Assembly (NCBI GenBank): GCA_002070645.1
Contig: MWDQ01000150.1
Coordinates: 36,261-100,260, forward strand
Direction: 5' to 3'
DNA: 64,000 nt
DNA from: a candidate division TA06 bacterium ADurb.Bin131
Lineage (GTDB): Bacteria; Ratteibacteria; UBA8468; B48-G9; DTJG01
Below the pieces are notes generated by a model. That model was not told the DNA's origin. It saw nothing but the letters and a program-made list of their open reading frames with translations, and made no database searches. The translations under genes were made by a program, and so were the position numbers. Shown one piece after another: positions 29,067-38,068 of this stretch (position 1 is the first letter of the stretch; every line of letters starts with the position of its first letter).

Positions 29067-30668
29067 ATGAAAGGAAATAATTGTTGTATTGGATTAAAGG
29101 TTTACTTTTCTGGATTTTTAGCCATGATTTTTCTTTTCCCCTGTTTTTTATCTGCACAGATAATACATCCTGTTGTTAAACCATATGAAGATGAAGTATG
29201 GTCTACTCCTCTAAATCTCATTGATCTACAGATAGCAGAAATTCTGAAAAAAAATGGCCTGAAGATGAGAAACCCCTGTTCTGACAGTGTATTTATCAGA
29301 CGGGTTTATCTCGATGTAATAGGAACACTTCCAAAGCCAGAAGAGATTGATGATTTTATGAAAGACACAAAACCTGATAAACGAGCAAGATTAATAGATA
29401 ATCTTCTTGAAAGAGAGGAATTTGCTCTTTACTGGACAATGAAATGGTGCGATATACTACGGGTTAAATCAGAATATCCAGTAAACCTCTGGCCAAACGC
29501 AGTTCAGGCATATTATCAGTGGATTTATGAAAATATTCGTAAAAACCAGCCCTATGACATATTTGTGCGTGAACTTTTAACATCGAGTGGAAGTAATTTC
29601 AGGGTACCAGCAGTTAATTTTTACAGGGCAGTTCAATCAAAGGATTCATTATCAATAGCAAAGGCAGTTGCTCTTACATTTATGGGAGTACGTCTTGAAA
29701 AAATGCCAGAAAATCAACAAAAGAATATATCACTGTTTTTCTCGCTCGTTACATATAAAGGAACAAAGGAATGGAAGGAAGAAATAGTTTATTCAAATCC
29801 TGATACAACAAAGACAATTAGAGCAGTGTTGCCTGATGGTAGATTCAGAGAAATACTGCCTGAACAGGACCCAAGATGTGTATTTGCCGACTGGCTTATT
29901 TCCCCTTACAATGAATATTTCAGTAAAAACATCGTCAATAGAATATGGGCATGGCTTATGGGACAGGGTATTATTTCTCCTGTTGATGATATATATCAGA
30001 AGATAACAGATAATAATAAAAATATACTTGGTACCCTCGAAAATGAACTTATAAAATCCAATTATGATTTAAAGCATATTTACAGGTTAATTCTTAATTC
30101 ACGCACATATCAACAATCATCTATATTAGGAGAAGATAAACCCGATATATTCACTCAGTTTGCATTTTATAAGGTTCGCCAGATTGATGCAGAAGTCCTC
30201 CTTGATGCATTGTGCTGGATATCTGGTAGGTATGAAGGTTATGTAAGCCAGATTCCAGAGCCATATACATTTATTCCAAATACCAACAGAACAATTACGC
30301 TTGCCGATGGAAGTATCACAAGTCCTTTTTTGATGATATTCGGCAGACCATCTCGTGATACTGGACTTGAATCAGAAAGAAATACAAGCCCAACTGATAA
30401 ACAACGGCTTTATCTATTGAACTCAAGCGATATTCAAAAAAAAATTAAATCAAGCCCTGTTCTGAAAAAGGCATACCAGCAGGTGTGGAAAAATAAAAAA
30501 GAAAGTATTAATCTGATTTATAAAATTATTCTTTCACGGTTTCCAACAACTGAAGAATCCTCTATCTGCGAAGAATTTTTTACAAATTCAGGACTTCCTG
30601 CTGATCAGTCAGCAATGACCATTGCCTGGGCTTTGATAAACAGCAAAGAATTTTTATACAGACATTGA
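29067..30668 (+). CDS. DUF1549/DUF1553 domain protein (Planctomycete-type), secreted
   Basis: It has a signal peptide, the DUF1549 hallmark VFIRRVYLDVIGTLPKPEEIDDFMKD...ERW-like string, and the DUF1553 string IVNRIWAWLMGQGI...ILNSRTYQQSS. Confidence 0.7.
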   Translation: MKGNNCCIGLKVYFSGFLAMIFLFPCFLSAQIIHPVVKPYEDEVWSTPLNLIDLQIAEILKKNGLKMRNPCSDSVFIRRVYLDVIGTLPKPEEIDDFMKDTKPDKRARLIDNLLEREEFALYWTMKWCDILRVKSEYPVNLWPNAVQAYYQWIYENIRKNQPYDIFVRELLTSSGSNFRVPAVNFYRAVQSKDSLSIAKAVALTFMGVRLEKMPENQQKNISLFFSLVTYKGTKEWKEEIVYSNPDTTKTIRAVLPDGRFREILPEQDPRCVFADWLISPYNEYFSKNIVNRIWAWLMGQGIISPVDDIYQKITDNNKNILGTLENELIKSNYDLKHIYRLILNSRTYQQSSILGEDKPDIFTQFAFYKVRQIDAEVLLDALCWISGRYEGYVSQIPEPYTFIPNTNRTITLADGSITSPFLMIFGRPSRDTGLESERNTSPTDKQRLYLLNSSDIQKKIKSSPVLKKAYQQVWKNKKESINLIYKIILSRFPTTEESSICEEFFTNSGLPADQSAMTIAWALINSKEFLYRH

Positions 30669-32020
30669 AGGATAAAAATTTGAGACGAAAAAATAAAATG
30701 AAGAAACAAAAAATAAAACCACAAATCCTGGTTTTCCTGGTAATAGTTTCTGTATCTCTCATGATAAACAATAATCTTATTGCATCAGATACTTCTGCTC
30801 AACAAAAACAACAGGCAAAATCAGTTATTCAAATATGGTTGTGGGGAGGGCCTTCTCAAAATGATACATTCGACCCAAAGCCAGATGCAGGATATGACTA
30901 TTGTGGCCCACTTTCAAAATCAATCCCTACAAACGTTCCTGGAATAGAGATTAATGATTCCCTGCAGATGCTTGCAAAGCAGGCAGATAAATTTTCAATT
31001 ATCAGAAGTATGACCCATGGTATAGGAGCCCATGAAACAGCAGCATATTATATGCAAACAGGCCATAAACCAGGAGTAGGTCTTGTATATCCATCCCTTG
31101 GTGCAATTGTATGCTTGTTCAGGGGCTATGGAAAAGGATACACAGGAAAAATTCCACCCTATATTGTTCTTACAACATCCCAAGGCAGATTTTCTGAAGA
31201 AGGATTTCTTGGCCCTGGATATAAACCATTTGTTACAGGTGGGGATCCAAACCAGAAGGTTTTTGCTGTTGAGGGTATTATCTCTCGTGATGTTTCGGAC
31301 CAGATGCAGGTAAAGCGCAGAGAATTGCTTAAAAAGATTGATACCCTCGGAAAATCAATGCCTGGCTGTCCTGATTTTGAACTTTTCAATGAATGTGAAA
31401 AAGAAGCGTATGATTTGATTTTAGGGGAACCTCGAAAGGTTTTTGATCTCTCGCAGGAACCAGACACTATAAGGGATAGATATGGCAGAAACTGGTTTGG
31501 GCAGACATGCCTGGTTGCAAGACGTCTTGTTGAAATAGGAGTGCCTTATATCACAATCAATTATCCTGGTTGGGATACACACAAACAACACTTTCAGACA
31601 ATGCAGAGAAAACTTGCTGAATTTGACCAGGGTTTTTCAGCACTTCTTGAAGACCTATCAAGCCGTGGGCTTCTCGATACAACAATTATATGGTGTTGTG
31701 GAGAATTTGGAAGAACCCCAAAAATAGAATGGGATCCACCATGGAACGGAGGCCGGGGACACTGGGGAAATTGTTTTTCTTCAGTTGTCGCAGGAGGCGG
31801 ATTCAAGGGTGGATGTGTTGTTGGAAAATCTGATTCAAAAGCAGAATATGTTGTTGAAAGACCTGTATATCCAGAAGATTTATTAAGGAGTATGTTGATA
31901 CTTCTCGGGATTAACCCTGACGAACAGATGCCAAATGATAAAGGACTTGATATAAAGGTTATGCCATACCCGGATAATTATTCAGGTAATGGCGAGCTTA
32001 AAGAAATTATGGAAAAATGA
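30665..32020 (+). CDS. DUF1501 protein (sulfatase/alkaline-phosphatase-like superfamily)
   Basis: Motifs: VIQIWLWGGPSQNDTFDPKPDA, DTHKQHF and CCGEFGRTP...GRGHWG. The start overlaps the stop of the previous gene. Confidence 0.7.
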   Translation: MKDKNLRRKNKMKKQKIKPQILVFLVIVSVSLMINNNLIASDTSAQQKQQAKSVIQIWLWGGPSQNDTFDPKPDAGYDYCGPLSKSIPTNVPGIEINDSLQMLAKQADKFSIIRSMTHGIGAHETAAYYMQTGHKPGVGLVYPSLGAIVCLFRGYGKGYTGKIPPYIVLTTSQGRFSEEGFLGPGYKPFVTGGDPNQKVFAVEGIISRDVSDQMQVKRRELLKKIDTLGKSMPGCPDFELFNECEKEAYDLILGEPRKVFDLSQEPDTIRDRYGRNWFGQTCLVARRLVEIGVPYITINYPGWDTHKQHFQTMQRKLAEFDQGFSALLEDLSSRGLLDTTIIWCCGEFGRTPKIEWDPPWNGGRGHWGNCFSSVVAGGGFKGGCVVGKSDSKAEYVVERPVYPEDLLRSMLILLGINPDEQMPNDKGLDIKVMPYPDNYSGNGELKEIMEK

Positions 32021-34209
32021 AAAATAAAAAAGATTCAACAAATGTTTTTCGCCTGACACTGGGATTATTTCTATTGTTTGTATCCTGTGTGTTTTCTCAG
32101 GTAAAAGAACCATATATTGGTTATATTTATCCTGCTGGCGGACAAAAAGGAACTGTTTTTAACATAACAGTTGGTGGACAAAACCTAAATGGAACAAAAA
32201 CAGTTTATTTTTCAAAAAAAGGCATTAGCGCAAGTATTATCAATTATCAAGGTTCATCAGGCCCATTAAATCAAAAGCAGATTGAGGAACTCAGACGCAG
32301 ATTAGATGAGATAAGATTAAAAAGAGCAGGACAAACTCCTCCAAAAGATAGCACAAGAGCTGAAACAGAGAAACCTGTTGCGCTTCCTGATATTCCTGAA
32401 TTAAGAGATCTCGAAAATAAGTCAGCAAAAGATCTTGCCAGGATTTCTGCCAAGTATCTTAATTCTCAGAATAAACCAAAGCCACCAATTGCTGAAGAAA
32501 TAACACTATCAGTTAAGATAGAACAGGACACAGAACCAGGTGATTGTGAAATTCGTCTGAAAACGCCAAATGGAATTACAAACCCTGTTTTGTTTCAGAT
32601 AGGTGAATTTCCTGAGGTTACCTGCACCTCCAACCAATACAGATATGAACTTGAAGAAACAATGCAGGACACGCGGATTTTTCAAATCCCGGTTGTACTG
32701 AATGGAAGAATAATGCCAGGAAAAACAAATAAGTTTCTACTGCAATTACAAAAAGATAAAGATTTAGTTTTCTATGCTGAAGCAAGAAAGATCATTCCAT
32801 ACATTGCTGACGCTGTACCTGGATGGTTTCAAGCAGTACTTGTACTTTATGATAAAAATGGGAAAGAGATTTCTTTTGTTGATGATTGTGGTTATGACCC
32901 TGATCCTGTTTTAATATTTCATGTTCCTGAAACAGGAATGTATACCCTCGAGATAAGAGATGCTTTATACAGAGGAAGAGAAGATTTTGTCTATCGTATT
33001 TATGCTGTGGAAAGATCTTATGCAAAACAACTCTTTCCATCTGGAAGATGTGGAGGCGTAAAAATTGCAGATGGGGATATTCCTTTGATGCCACCTGAGA
33101 GGGTAAATTTTCAGCAGTATAAAGAAAAAGAATACACAAAGAACTATGTCCACTCAATACCAACACCTGTGATGATTTCTGGTTGCATCAATTATCCTGG
33201 AGATATTGATAGATATAGATTTTATGGGAAAACAGGTGAAACAATTGTCGTGGAGGTTTATGGAAGAAGGATTGGCTCATTAATAGATTCAATGGTAAAA
33301 ATCATTAACTCAAAAGGAGAGGTAATACAAAAAAATGATGATACAGAAGACATTGAATATGGGCTGATTACACATCAATCTGATTCTTATGTTATGGCTA
33401 AAATTCGAGAATCAGGGTACTACACTGTACAGATTTCAGACATTCAAAATCATGGTGGTCCTGATTATCAGTACTTTGTAAGAATAGGTCCTCCTCAGCC
33501 AGATTTTTCTCTTATAATTTCTCCTTCACAGATAAATATACCCACAGGTGGCATTGCTGTTGCAACACTGTACGCAATAAAAAAAGATGGCTGGGACCAG
33601 GACATTAATCTAAGATTAAAAGGTATGGATGGTTTTGTTCTTGATGGAGCAGTAATCCCAAAAGGAAAACAAAGTATCAGGATAACGATAAAATCCCCAC
33701 AAAAATATTCAGGCCAGATTACTCCCGTGGATTTAGAAGGTACCTCTATAATTAATGGAACACAGGTTAGCCGAATTGCCAGACCAGCAGAAAATATGAT
33801 GCAGGCATTTGCCTATACACATCTTGTACAATCAGAAGAATTGCTTATTGCACTAACACAAACAAGGTTCAGACCAGTAAAAATAGAAATACCTTCTATG
33901 GGACTAAAAATTCCTGCAGGGGGCTCGTCAAAGATATTATGCGCATTAGAAACATGGTTTAAGCCATCTTCATCTCTTTCTATTAACTTTGAATTAAACA
34001 ATCCTCCTTCAGGGATAAAAATCAGGGACCAGTCCTTTGTCTCTGATAAATACATTCTTACAATTGAGGCAGATAAAAAACTTACAGGATACAAAGATAA
34101 TCTAATAATTGAGGTTATCGAAGAAATATCAATGCCTGGAGGACAAAAAAGAAAGGTACCTGTTGGATTTTTGCCTGCTATACCAATTGAGGTTTTAGAA
34201 AATGAGTAA
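32017..34209 (+). CDS. secreted (possibly lipo-)protein with repeated PPC/pre-peptidase-C-terminal-like beta domains
   Basis: It has a signal peptide ending LFVSC. There are at least two PPC-like motifs (GDIDRYRFYGKTGETIVVEVYG...; YTLEIRDALYRGREDFVYRIYA). The start overlaps the DUF1501 stop. Confidence 0.5.
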   Translation: MKNKKDSTNVFRLTLGLFLLFVSCVFSQVKEPYIGYIYPAGGQKGTVFNITVGGQNLNGTKTVYFSKKGISASIINYQGSSGPLNQKQIEELRRRLDEIRLKRAGQTPPKDSTRAETEKPVALPDIPELRDLENKSAKDLARISAKYLNSQNKPKPPIAEEITLSVKIEQDTEPGDCEIRLKTPNGITNPVLFQIGEFPEVTCTSNQYRYELEETMQDTRIFQIPVVLNGRIMPGKTNKFLLQLQKDKDLVFYAEARKIIPYIADAVPGWFQAVLVLYDKNGKEISFVDDCGYDPDPVLIFHVPETGMYTLEIRDALYRGREDFVYRIYAVERSYAKQLFPSGRCGGVKIADGDIPLMPPERVNFQQYKEKEYTKNYVHSIPTPVMISGCINYPGDIDRYRFYGKTGETIVVEVYGRRIGSLIDSMVKIINSKGEVIQKNDDTEDIEYGLITHQSDSYVMAKIRESGYYTVQISDIQNHGGPDYQYFVRIGPPQPDFSLIISPSQINIPTGGIAVATLYAIKKDGWDQDINLRLKGMDGFVLDGAVIPKGKQSIRITIKSPQKYSGQITPVDLEGTSIINGTQVSRIARPAENMMQAFAYTHLVQSEELLIALTQTRFRPVKIEIPSMGLKIPAGGSSKILCALETWFKPSSSLSINFELNNPPSGIKIRDQSFVSDKYILTIEADKKLTGYKDNLIIEVIEEISMPGGQKRKVPVGFLPAIPIEVLENE

Positions 34210-35395
34210 AAAAATTATCAGTTATACGTTTAACCTCAAAGATATCCCGGTATCAGTAAATTTTTCATATTTTACAGGAGTAAATAGAATCAATGAATAC
34301 CATATCACCATAGTTCCAACAAAATATAAGGATATCTATGAACAGACACAACTGCTTCAAAACTCCTACAAAGAAACACTTAAACACCTTAGCCTTAATT
34401 TAGAAACAGTTGTATTCAAAAGATTTTTCTTCAGTGATATTTATAACCAGTATAAAATTATTAAAAATCATCCTTTTATAAACCCTAAAACTAATGAGGA
34501 GAAATGCGCTATTTCCCTTATTTCTCAGCCACCATGTCCACCAGCAAAGATTGCACTATGGGCATATCATATTCAAGATAAAAACTGTACTATTTCAAAG
34601 TATATGGACAACTCAATATTTTCAATCTGCAGGAATAATATTAAACACTTCTGGGATACAAACATCACATCTGTTAAAGGAAACACCATATCTCAACAAA
34701 CATTTGATATTCTCGATAAATACAATTCTTCACTTGAAAAAAGAAATATGAAACTTGCCAGCAATGTCGTGAGAACATGGTTTTTTATTAAGGATATAGA
34801 TTCAAATTATAAAGATTTTACAGAAGCAAGAAAAAATTATTTCAAAGAAAAAGGGCTGATCCCACAGACACATTTTATTACAAGCACTGGTGTTGAGGGA
34901 GAATCTGTAGATATAAATGCAAAACTTTCAATGGATGCATACTCAATCTCTGGCATTCAATCACAGCAGATTGAATTTTTGAGGGCTCCTGAATATATAA
35001 GTCCAACTTATGTTTATGGGGTTACATTTGAAAGAGGATCAATTATAAAATACAATGACCGCAAGCATATATTTATTTCAGGTACAGCCAGTATTAATAA
35101 TAAAGGCGAAATTGTATATCCTGGCGATATACTTAAACAATTTGAACACACATTGAAAAACATAGAGATTCTTCTTAACCAGGCAGGTGCAGGATTTAAA
35201 GATGTGTGTATCTTTATTGTGTATATCAGGGATATAACCGATGTACAGATTATTCATCGCGAGATGAGAAAACGATTTAAAGATACACCATTTATTTTAG
35301 TTTTAGCGAAAGTATGCAGACCTGGCTGGCTTATTGAGATAGAATGTCAGGCAATACTCACCCAAGATAATCAGGGACTTCCTGAATTCTTATAG
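34202..35395 (+). CDS. tandem RidA/YjgF (endoribonuclease L-PSP)-like domain protein
   Basis: The C-terminal domain FISGTASINNKGEIVYPGDILKQFEHTLKNIEILLNQAGAGFKDVCIFIVYIRD fits RidA. The N-terminal half shows the same pattern in degenerate form. The start overlaps the upstream stop. Confidence 0.55.
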   Translation: MSKKIISYTFNLKDIPVSVNFSYFTGVNRINEYHITIVPTKYKDIYEQTQLLQNSYKETLKHLSLNLETVVFKRFFFSDIYNQYKIIKNHPFINPKTNEEKCAISLISQPPCPPAKIALWAYHIQDKNCTISKYMDNSIFSICRNNIKHFWDTNITSVKGNTISQQTFDILDKYNSSLEKRNMKLASNVVRTWFFIKDIDSNYKDFTEARKNYFKEKGLIPQTHFITSTGVEGESVDINAKLSMDAYSISGIQSQQIEFLRAPEYISPTYVYGVTFERGSIIKYNDRKHIFISGTASINNKGEIVYPGDILKQFEHTLKNIEILLNQAGAGFKDVCIFIVYIRDITDVQIIHREMRKRFKDTPFILVLAKVCRPGWLIEIECQAILTQDNQGLPEFL

Positions 35396-35622
35396 ATATA
35401 GCCATCTTTCTGCATATAATTTCCTTTAATGAAAACACGATAGGGATTTAAACACCCTGTCTCTATGAAACACCCCTCTAAAAGAAGGGAATTAAAATAT
35501 CATCCAATCTCTGTTTATAAAAGTGGGAAGCAGTATACAATGTAAAACTTTTCATTTTGAATCGTGAAAAAGCCCTGCCCGCAAACAGAATTAACCATAA
35601 TTTCTTATAAAAAAATCTATCT

Positions 35623-36414
35623 ATGGTAAAATATATTATTATGCTTAAAGCTATTATCCTCGGGTTATTACAGGGAATTACTGAATTTTTACCGGTAAGC
35701 AGTTCTGGACATCTCTTATATGTAAATAATGTCTTGATGAAACAAGTATATGACCTTCCACTTTTAATATCTGCCCACGCAGGAACAATGCTGGCTGTTC
35801 TGGTTTTTTTCAGAAATCAGGTTAAAAGATTGATACTCGCGGTATTCCAATTCAAGAACCCAGAGTATTCCTATGAAAGAAAACTTTGGTGTTATCTAAT
35901 TGTTGCATCAATCCCTGCTGGACTTGCAGGGTTTTTTCTCGAATCTCGTATAGATAAAATATCGAGTATTTACATTCTTGGTGTTTGCTGGATTATAAAT
36001 GGACTTATGTTGATTATTGGTGAGATTATGTCGAAACGAAAAAAGGAATCTACCATAAATTTTTTATCTGCCTTAATCATAGGGATATTCCAGACGATTG
36101 CAATACTTCCAGGGATTTCAAGATCAGGAAGCACCATAACTGCTGCAAGAAATACAGGACTTAATCCTGAACAGGCATTTGAATTTTCTTTTCTTCTCGG
36201 GATTATTGCAATAATGGGAGGGTTTTTACTCGAGATTATAAAAAAACCACAGGGATTTACATATCCCTGTCTTGTCAGCGGGATTGTAGCAATGATTTCT
36301 GGTTATCTTGCGCTTATTGTGCTGTTAAAGGCGATACGCTCGAACAACTTAAAATTTTTCGGTGTTTACACAATACTTTGTGGCATTATAGCAATACTTA
36401 TCCAGCAGATATGA
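35623..36414 (+). CDS. uppP: undecaprenyl-diphosphate phosphatase
   Basis: Signature: ILGLLQGITEFLPVSSSGHL. It is a ~260-aa polytopic membrane protein. Confidence 0.85.
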   Translation: MVKYIIMLKAIILGLLQGITEFLPVSSSGHLLYVNNVLMKQVYDLPLLISAHAGTMLAVLVFFRNQVKRLILAVFQFKNPEYSYERKLWCYLIVASIPAGLAGFFLESRIDKISSIYILGVCWIINGLMLIIGEIMSKRKKESTINFLSALIIGIFQTIAILPGISRSGSTITAARNTGLNPEQAFEFSFLLGIIAIMGGFLLEIIKKPQGFTYPCLVSGIVAMISGYLALIVLLKAIRSNNLKFFGVYTILCGIIAILIQQI

Positions 36415-37178
36415 AACATCAAAAAGTAATCTTACTTTCAAAGAAAATTTATAACGATAGGTATGTTGATATGTGGTTTGAAAATAATCTTTCTGATGTT
36501 CCAGAACCAGGACAGTTTATTCATATCTTCACAGGGGCAAGTTTTATCCGCAGGCCATTTTCAATAGCAGAGTTTACAAAAGAACAATTTAGAATTCTAT
36601 TTCAGATAAAGGGGTGTGGAACAAGAAATCTTGCAGATAAAAAAATTGGTTCTGGTATTGACATTATTGGTCCTGTTGGAAATTGTTTTCCTATTAAAAA
36701 AAGATTTAATATGATATATATCGCTGCAGGTGGAGTTGGAATTGCACCACTTCTTTTTCTGGCATCTTCACTGATTCAGAATAATAAAAAATTTATGTTT
36801 TTTTATGGAGCAAAAACAAGGTTGGATCTTCTTGATTTTCTTATGCCTGGTGGAGATTACGAGAAGGTTTTGTGTACAGATGACGGAAGTTCTGGAGAAA
36901 AAGGCACAGTTGTTGATGTAATAAAAAAATATCTGAAACAAAAAAAGCCAGATGTTATTTTTTCTGCAGGACCATACCTGATGTTAAAAGGAATAAGTCA
37001 GTTGTGTGATAGATATAATGTAGAAGCGTATGTGTCTCTTGAGAATGTGATGTTTTGTGGGCTTGGTGTATGTCAGGGCTGTGTGATTAACACAAAAACT
37101 GGTTATAAAAAGGTATGCAAGGATGGACCTGTATTTAATCATAGGGATATTCTGTGGCAAAGAAAAGCATTGATTTAA
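36411..37178 (+). CDS. pyrK: dihydroorotate dehydrogenase (class 1B) electron-transfer subunit
   Basis: It has FAD/NAD-binding motifs (RPFSIA; AGGVGIAPL) and a C-terminal 2Fe-2S Cys cluster (CGLGVCQGC). I moved the start to the ATG at 36411, which overlaps the uppP stop (ATGA); the ORF track starts upstream at 36378. Confidence 0.8.
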   Translation: MKHQKVILLSKKIYNDRYVDMWFENNLSDVPEPGQFIHIFTGASFIRRPFSIAEFTKEQFRILFQIKGCGTRNLADKKIGSGIDIIGPVGNCFPIKKRFNMIYIAAGGVGIAPLLFLASSLIQNNKKFMFFYGAKTRLDLLDFLMPGGDYEKVLCTDDGSSGEKGTVVDVIKKYLKQKKPDVIFSAGPYLMLKGISQLCDRYNVEAYVSLENVMFCGLGVCQGCVINTKTGYKKVCKDGPVFNHRDILWQRKALI

Positions 37179-38068
37179 GGGTAAAAATAGGCGGGATTTG
37201 TTTTGATACACCCATAATACCCGCAAGTGGAGTTTTTGGATATGGAGATGAACTTATAGATACCATTGATTATAGATTCCTCGGAGCAATAGTAACAAAA
37301 ACACTTACATGGAATGAAACACATGGTAATGTGCCGCCGAGAATATGGGAACTTGAAAATGGAATAATCAATAGAATAGGCCTTCAGAATATAGGAGTAA
37401 AACGTTTCTGTAAAGAAAAATTGAGTAAATTAGCAGAAACAGGAAAACCAGTTATAGTAAGTGTTGGAGGAGAAAAATTAGACGATATTGCAAAAAGTAT
37501 TGAGTTTCTGGATAACCAGCAATCAATTACAGGATTTGAACTTAATCTTTCGTGTCCTAATATAAAAACAAACCAGATTATTGCCGAGGATTTGGATTCT
37601 ATCTATAAGGCAGTAAAAAAAATCAGAAAATTAACAGACAAAACTTTGATAGCAAAATTAAGTCCAAATGTAACGGATATCTGCGAAATAGGCATTGCTG
37701 CAGAAAAAGCAGGTGCTGATATTCTGTGTGCTGGAAATACTTTTAAGGGTGTATATTATGACTGGCAACTTGAAAGGTTTTATACAGGAGGCGTATCCGG
37801 GAGTATGATTTTCCCGATGGCGTGCAAAAATGTTTTTGAACTTTATAAAAAGGTTTCTATACCAATTATTGGACTCGGCGGTATAAATTCTGAAAAAAAA
37901 GCAATAGAAATGGTTTTTGCGGGAGCATCAATAGTAGGGTTGGGGACACATCTTGTAATAATGCCTGATCTTCCAGCAAAAATCTATAGATTTTTTATTG
38001 AGTATCTAAAACAATCTAAAAAATCAAAGATTTCTTCTATTGTAGGAATAAAGAATGAAAAAGAATAA
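37154..38068 (+). CDS. pyrD: dihydroorotate dehydrogenase catalytic subunit (class 1B)
   Basis: It has the FMN-binding TIM-barrel motifs PASGVFGYG, NRIGLQNIG and GLGGINS. It lies downstream of pyrK. Confidence 0.85.
   Translation: MAKKSIDLRVKIGGICFDTPIIPASGVFGYGDELIDTIDYRFLGAIVTKTLTWNETHGNVPPRIWELENGIINRIGLQNIGVKRFCKEKLSKLAETGKPVIVSVGGEKLDDIAKSIEFLDNQQSITGFELNLSCPNIKTNQIIAEDLDSIYKAVKKIRKLTDKTLIAKLSPNVTDICEIGIAAEKAGADILCAGNTFKGVYYDWQLERFYTGGVSGSMIFPMACKNVFELYKKVSIPIIGLGGINSEKKAIEMVFAGASIVGLGTHLVIMPDLPAKIYRFFIEYLKQSKKSKISSIVGIKNEKE

Noticed and set aside
35396-35622. Possible intrinsic terminator or riboswitch between the RidA gene and uppP
   Set aside because: Only weak, imperfect hairpins (e.g. 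CCCTCT...AGAAGGG) without a following U-tract. Nothing convincing enough to annotate.
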